Notes under the pieces: model-generated
The model's database searches: none
What the model was told of the DNA's origin: nothing
The model's input: the letters and a program-made list of their open reading frames with translations, nothing else
Shown here: one piece after another, positions 60,300 through 64,000 of the stretch
Layout: every line of letters starts with the position of its first letter
Position numbering within the stretch: the first letter of the stretch is position 1
Position numbers and translations under genes: made by a program
Source of the DNA: Sedimentisphaerales bacterium
GTDB taxonomy: Bacteria; Planctomycetota; Phycisphaerae; Sedimentisphaerales; SM23-30
Direction of reading: 5' to 3'
DNA: 64,000 bases
Assembly: GCA_028281535.1 (NCBI GenBank)
Contig: JANQJS010000022.1
Coordinates: 127,004-191,003 of the forward strand

Positions 60300-60684
60300 A
60301 CATCATTTCCTACTGATCTTTTCTTCATAACGTCTTGTAGTTATAATTAGATTATGCACGTATTTAAACACCATTAAAACATACCCTCAAAACCGAACTC
60401 TGTGCGGAATTTGTAATCTATCAGACCCAATTAGCTCCTCATATAAATCTTAGGTCATCTTTGTCTATAAAGTCAACCAAAGCAGATTATTTCCTCTAAA
60501 CAATCCAGCTATTGTAAGCCAGAATCCCCATACTCATAATCACAGCGATCTTCATAAAAATGATCTATCATCTACTATTCAACGACAAAACTCACTTTCG
60601 ATATTAAATTTACAATCACATCAAGTTTTGTTAGAATTTTTGGAAAGTATACTTTTAAAAATTATATTCAGGATAGAAACAATA

Positions 60685-61710
60685 ATGGAACAAATCATGA
60701 AAGCTGTCGGCTACCAAGAAAGCCTTCCCATTGAAGATGAAAACGCTCTTGAGGATATTGAACTTGAAACCCCAACCGCGCATGGTCACGACCTACTCAT
60801 CGAGGTGAAAGCGATCTCAGTGAATCCGGTCGATACCAAAATTCGTCAACGTGTTAAACCAGAAAATGACCAGTGGCAAATTCTCGGCTGGGATGCTGCC
60901 GGGATCGTCAAATCCGTAGGCAACGAAGTTACATTATTCCAACCTGACGACAAAGTCTGGTATGCTGGAGATCTAACTCGTCCCGGTAGTAATGCAGAAC
61001 TTCAGCTGGTCGATGAACAGATTGTAGGAAAAATGCCCGAAAGTTTATCGTTTGCAGAGGCTGCGGCATTGCCTTTAACATCAATTACCGCCTGGGAAAT
61101 GTTATTCGATCGACTTAAAATTCCTACCGAAATGTCAGCTCCCCCAAAAACAATTCTAGTCATCGGAGCAGCGGGTGGCGTCGGCTCAATTATGGTACAA
61201 CTTCTTCGCTGCTTAACTCAATCCGTGATCATGGGTACCGCATCGCGAAATGAAAGTATCCAATGGCTTAAAGACCTGGGAGCCCATCATGTCATCAATC
61301 ATCGCAATCCTTTAAGCGAAGAATGCAAAAAGATTGGTATCCCTGAAGTGGATATTGTCATTAGTTTAAATAATACGGACGAACATTATGAACAAATTGT
61401 AGAGTGCCTGTCACCCCAAGGCCAATTCGGATTGATCGATGATCCAGCACAACTGGACATCTCGCAACTTAAGCGTAAAAGCATTTCGCTCCATTGGGAA
61501 TTTATGTTTACCCGCTCCATGTTCCAAACACCAGACAAAATTGAACAGCATAATCTCTTAAACGAGATTGCAAACTTAATCGACCAAGGTAAGATTAAAT
61601 CCACCCTCGCTCACCAACTCGGTACCATTAACGCAACAAACTTAAGAAAAGCACACGCTATGCTCGAATCTCAACAAGCTCATGGCAAGATCATTCTGGA
61701 AGGTTTTTAA
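60685..61710 (+). CDS. Zinc-binding alcohol dehydrogenase family (quinone-oxidoreductase-like MDR) protein
   Basis: 'MKAVGY', 'SVNPVDTK', 'LGWDAAG', 'LPLTSITAWE', 'GAAGGVGS', 'WEFMFTRS', 'GKIILEGF'. Confidence 0.88.
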   Translation: MEQIMKAVGYQESLPIEDENALEDIELETPTAHGHDLLIEVKAISVNPVDTKIRQRVKPENDQWQILGWDAAGIVKSVGNEVTLFQPDDKVWYAGDLTRPGSNAELQLVDEQIVGKMPESLSFAEAAALPLTSITAWEMLFDRLKIPTEMSAPPKTILVIGAAGGVGSIMVQLLRCLTQSVIMGTASRNESIQWLKDLGAHHVINHRNPLSEECKKIGIPEVDIVISLNNTDEHYEQIVECLSPQGQFGLIDDPAQLDISQLKRKSISLHWEFMFTRSMFQTPDKIEQHNLLNEIANLIDQGKIKSTLAHQLGTINATNLRKAHAMLESQQAHGKIILEGF

Positions 61711-64000
61711 GCGGTTACTTTTCCACGAACCTTGGCTTGCAAATCACACGTCAAGCTCATGAGCAATGGCACGAGTACCAACGTAAAGAGAGTAGAAACA
61801 AATAAGCCCCCCACTACGACGCTTCCCAACCCGCGGTAAAGCTCTGACCCGGAACCAGGCATCAATACCAAAGGCAGCATCCCCCCAAGCGATGTTAGCA
61901 TACTCATAAAAATCGGACGAACACGACTCTTGACTGATTCGGCAATAGCCCTGCGATGCGGCATTGGCTCTTGCTGATCGCTTCCCTTCATAAAGTTTAA
62001 AGCCTGATGGACAATGAGAATCGCATTATTGACAACAACGCCGATTAAAATTACAAACCCAAGCATCGTCAGAATATCAAGATTCTGTACAGGCATATAG
62101 CGATCAATCACGCTCCAAAGAAAAACGAGTCGCAATGCCAGAAAGCCTCCTAGCGTTGCAAGAGGAACACTAAACATAATAACCAATGGATAAAGAAAAC
62201 TTTGAAAGAGAACACACATCAGTAAATAGACTACGATCAATGCAACAACCAGAGAACTTCCTAAAAACCCAACCAACGTGTTATCACCGAGCAGTGCTCT
62301 CATGACGGCTTGTAGCTTACTGGCAGAACCAGCCATTTGCGTTTGGACCCCCGGCGTAATAACTCCCTGTGTTTTAAAGTCACTGAGAATCTGCTGCACT
62401 TCAACAATAGCCTGCTCAAGGGGCATATTAGGCGGCGGTGTAAATTGCAGAGTTACCGCACGTTGTCGGCTAACTCGATTAATTTGATCCGTTGAGGTCA
62501 CTCTTTGAATTTTAGCCAAAGTCGATAGTGGCACGACTCGTTGAAGCTGAGTTGCAATGGGAACATCACCGAGCTTGGCGATATTATTTTTACCAACCGC
62601 ATCTTTAGAAATTAATTTAAGATCGATCGATTCCCCACCAATTCGATAGTCACCAATGATACTACCGTCCCCACTTGTTTGGACTGCTAAGCCTAATTCG
62701 GCCGTCGTCATCCCTACATTGGCCAGCTGAATTTCGTTGGGAAGAATCAGCAGTTCTGGACCAGGGATATCAAAATTAGGTGGCTCTGGCTGAATGGTCA
62801 TAGGACCATATCGTTGCATGAGTGTGCCATAAACCGCTCCCGCTGCGGCAATGACTTGCTCTTGATCGAGACCAAGAAAATCAATTTTCACTGCAGATCC
62901 TGTCGTACCACCAAGACGAAAAAGCGGAACCTGAAAGGCAAAACTAATAACGCCAGGGGCTATATCAGGTCGAGAGGCATGATTAAAAAGATGCGTAAGA
63001 TCACTAGCTCTTTTGGGATCATCACTAATACCACCCTGAAAAATGATTCCTTCAAATGCAACAATGAAATAATTTTCCAATGGCGCGGGTATTACTGGCT
63101 GACCAGGTCTACCCAACATAAAATCGAACGTTGGTACTTCTTTTAGTTGACTAACCGCATCTTGACGTTCTTTCGAGCCCATAGGAAGTTGCCCAGCTTG
63201 ATAGTAAGGACGAACCGTTGCATCAATACGATGCCCCAACTCAGATTTTTTATCCAGAGAATAACCCGGAGGCGGAATCATCAAACCAAAAGCCAGATTG
63301 CGATTTCCCAATGGAAGATAATCCGCTGGCGGTGCCAACATAGAACTACCGACAAACGACAAAACTGTTAAACCAGCAACAATGATTATACGAAGTAATA
63401 AACTTCCTGAAATTCGATAAATAAAACCACTAAGTCGCTCAGGGAATTTCTTTAAAATACCTAACGACGATAAACGGCTTTTACTTTTTTTAGGAGATTT
63501 CTTTGTAGAATTTTGTTTAAGGAAAATCGCTGATGCGCTGGGAATCACGGTAATTGCCACTAACATGCTAAATGCGACTGCGGCACAAATCGCTAAAGCA
63601 ATATCGCGAAAAAGCTGCCCGGCTTCTTCCTGAATCAAAATAATCGGAATAAATACAGCAATCGTAGTTAATGTAGACGCCAACACCGCTCCCCAAACTT
63701 CACTAGCGCCATCATAAGCCGCTTGGGTCGGTTTCTTTCCCATTTCGATATGGCGAAATATATTTTCTAAAACAACAATAGCGTTATCCACAACCATACC
63801 AACCGCAAAGGCCATCCCAGCCAGACTAATCACATTGACACTTCGCCCCATAGCGACCATGGCAACAATTGCACCCACGATTGAAATCGGAATAACTAAA
63901 GCAATAATACCCACCGTACGAACAGAGCGAAGAAAAAGAATCAGGATCAAAATTGCCAGACTGCCACCAATCCAAATGTTATTTTGAACCAGATCAATGG
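61707..64000 (-). CDS. RND efflux transporter permease (AcrB family), 5' end outside the window
   Basis: 'GMVVDNAIVVLENI', 'ASTLTT', 'GVVVNNAIL', 'RVRPIFM'. Frame is open to the window edge. Confidence 0.9.
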   Translation of the reverse strand, partial: IDLVQNNIWIGGSLAILILILFLRSVRTVGIIALVIPISIVGAIVAMVAMGRSVNVISLAGMAFAVGMVVDNAIVVLENIFRHIEMGKKPTQAAYDGASEVWGAVLASTLTTIAVFIPIILIQEEAGQLFRDIALAICAAVAFSMLVAITVIPSASAIFLKQNSTKKSPKKSKSRLSSLGILKKFPERLSGFIYRISGSLLLRIIIVAGLTVLSFVGSSMLAPPADYLPLGNRNLAFGLMIPPPGYSLDKKSELGHRIDATVRPYYQAGQLPMGSKERQDAVSQLKEVPTFDFMLGRPGQPVIPAPLENYFIVAFEGIIFQGGISDDPKRASDLTHLFNHASRPDIAPGVISFAFQVPLFRLGGTTGSAVKIDFLGLDQEQVIAAAGAVYGTLMQRYGPMTIQPEPPNFDIPGPELLILPNEIQLANVGMTTAELGLAVQTSGDGSIIGDYRIGGESIDLKLISKDAVGKNNIAKLGDVPIATQLQRVVPLSTLAKIQRVTSTDQINRVSRQRAVTLQFTPPPNMPLEQAIVEVQQILSDFKTQGVITPGVQTQMAGSASKLQAVMRALLGDNTLVGFLGSSLVVALIVVYLLMCVLFQSFLYPLVIMFSVPLATLGGFLALRLVFLWSVIDRYMPVQNLDILTMLGFVILIGVVVNNAILIVHQALNFMKGSDQQEPMPHRRAIAESVKSRVRPIFMSMLTSLGGMLPLVLMPGSGSELYRGLGSVVVGGLFVSTLFTLVLVPLLMSLTCDLQAKVRGKVTA

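Overview
AT-rich (roughly 38-40% GC by eye) bacterial chromosomal window with the hallmarks of a PVC-superphylum organism, most likely a planctomycete such as Phycisphaerae (inference from the 'WPxWRGP' PQQ-like beta-propellers, a PVC-type heme/propeller dehydrogenase and PEP-CTERM proteins). The main feature is a tightly packed ~22 kb minus-strand operon (24083->1897) divergent from a MarR regulator. It encodes two secreted beta-propellers, a DUF3311/SSS importer, a GriC/GriD(EhpF/EhpG)-like aryl-carboxylate reductase pair, an Fe-alcohol dehydrogenase, a HemN-like radical SAM enzyme, a chorismate-lyase-like protein, a flavin-dependent halogenase-like enzyme, a 4HBT-type thioesterase, a DMT-like membrane protein, a PaaK-like CoA ligase, a lipoprotein propeller, a GT4-ABC ATPase fusion, a giant FtsX permease and a GT2. 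I read it as an uncharacterised pathway that builds, reduces, decorates, glycosylates and exports an aromatic compound. The same promoter/operator architecture recurs upstream of a further propeller gene at 26.3 kb. The rest of the window holds a VKOR-DsbA fusion, a LarA-family protein, a trypsin-like/TPR protein, arfB, a sugar epimerase/MFS operon, an SGNH plus PVC heme dehydrogenase pair, an SBP-SBP-histidine kinase unit, dprA, PilZ, leuS, three PEP-CTERM genes, a DEAD-box helicase, yciH, a YhcH-family gene, a Zn-ADH-family oxidoreductase and a truncated RND permease. I saw no rRNA, tRNA, CRISPR array or transposase. All family assignments come from motif recognition, not from database searches.
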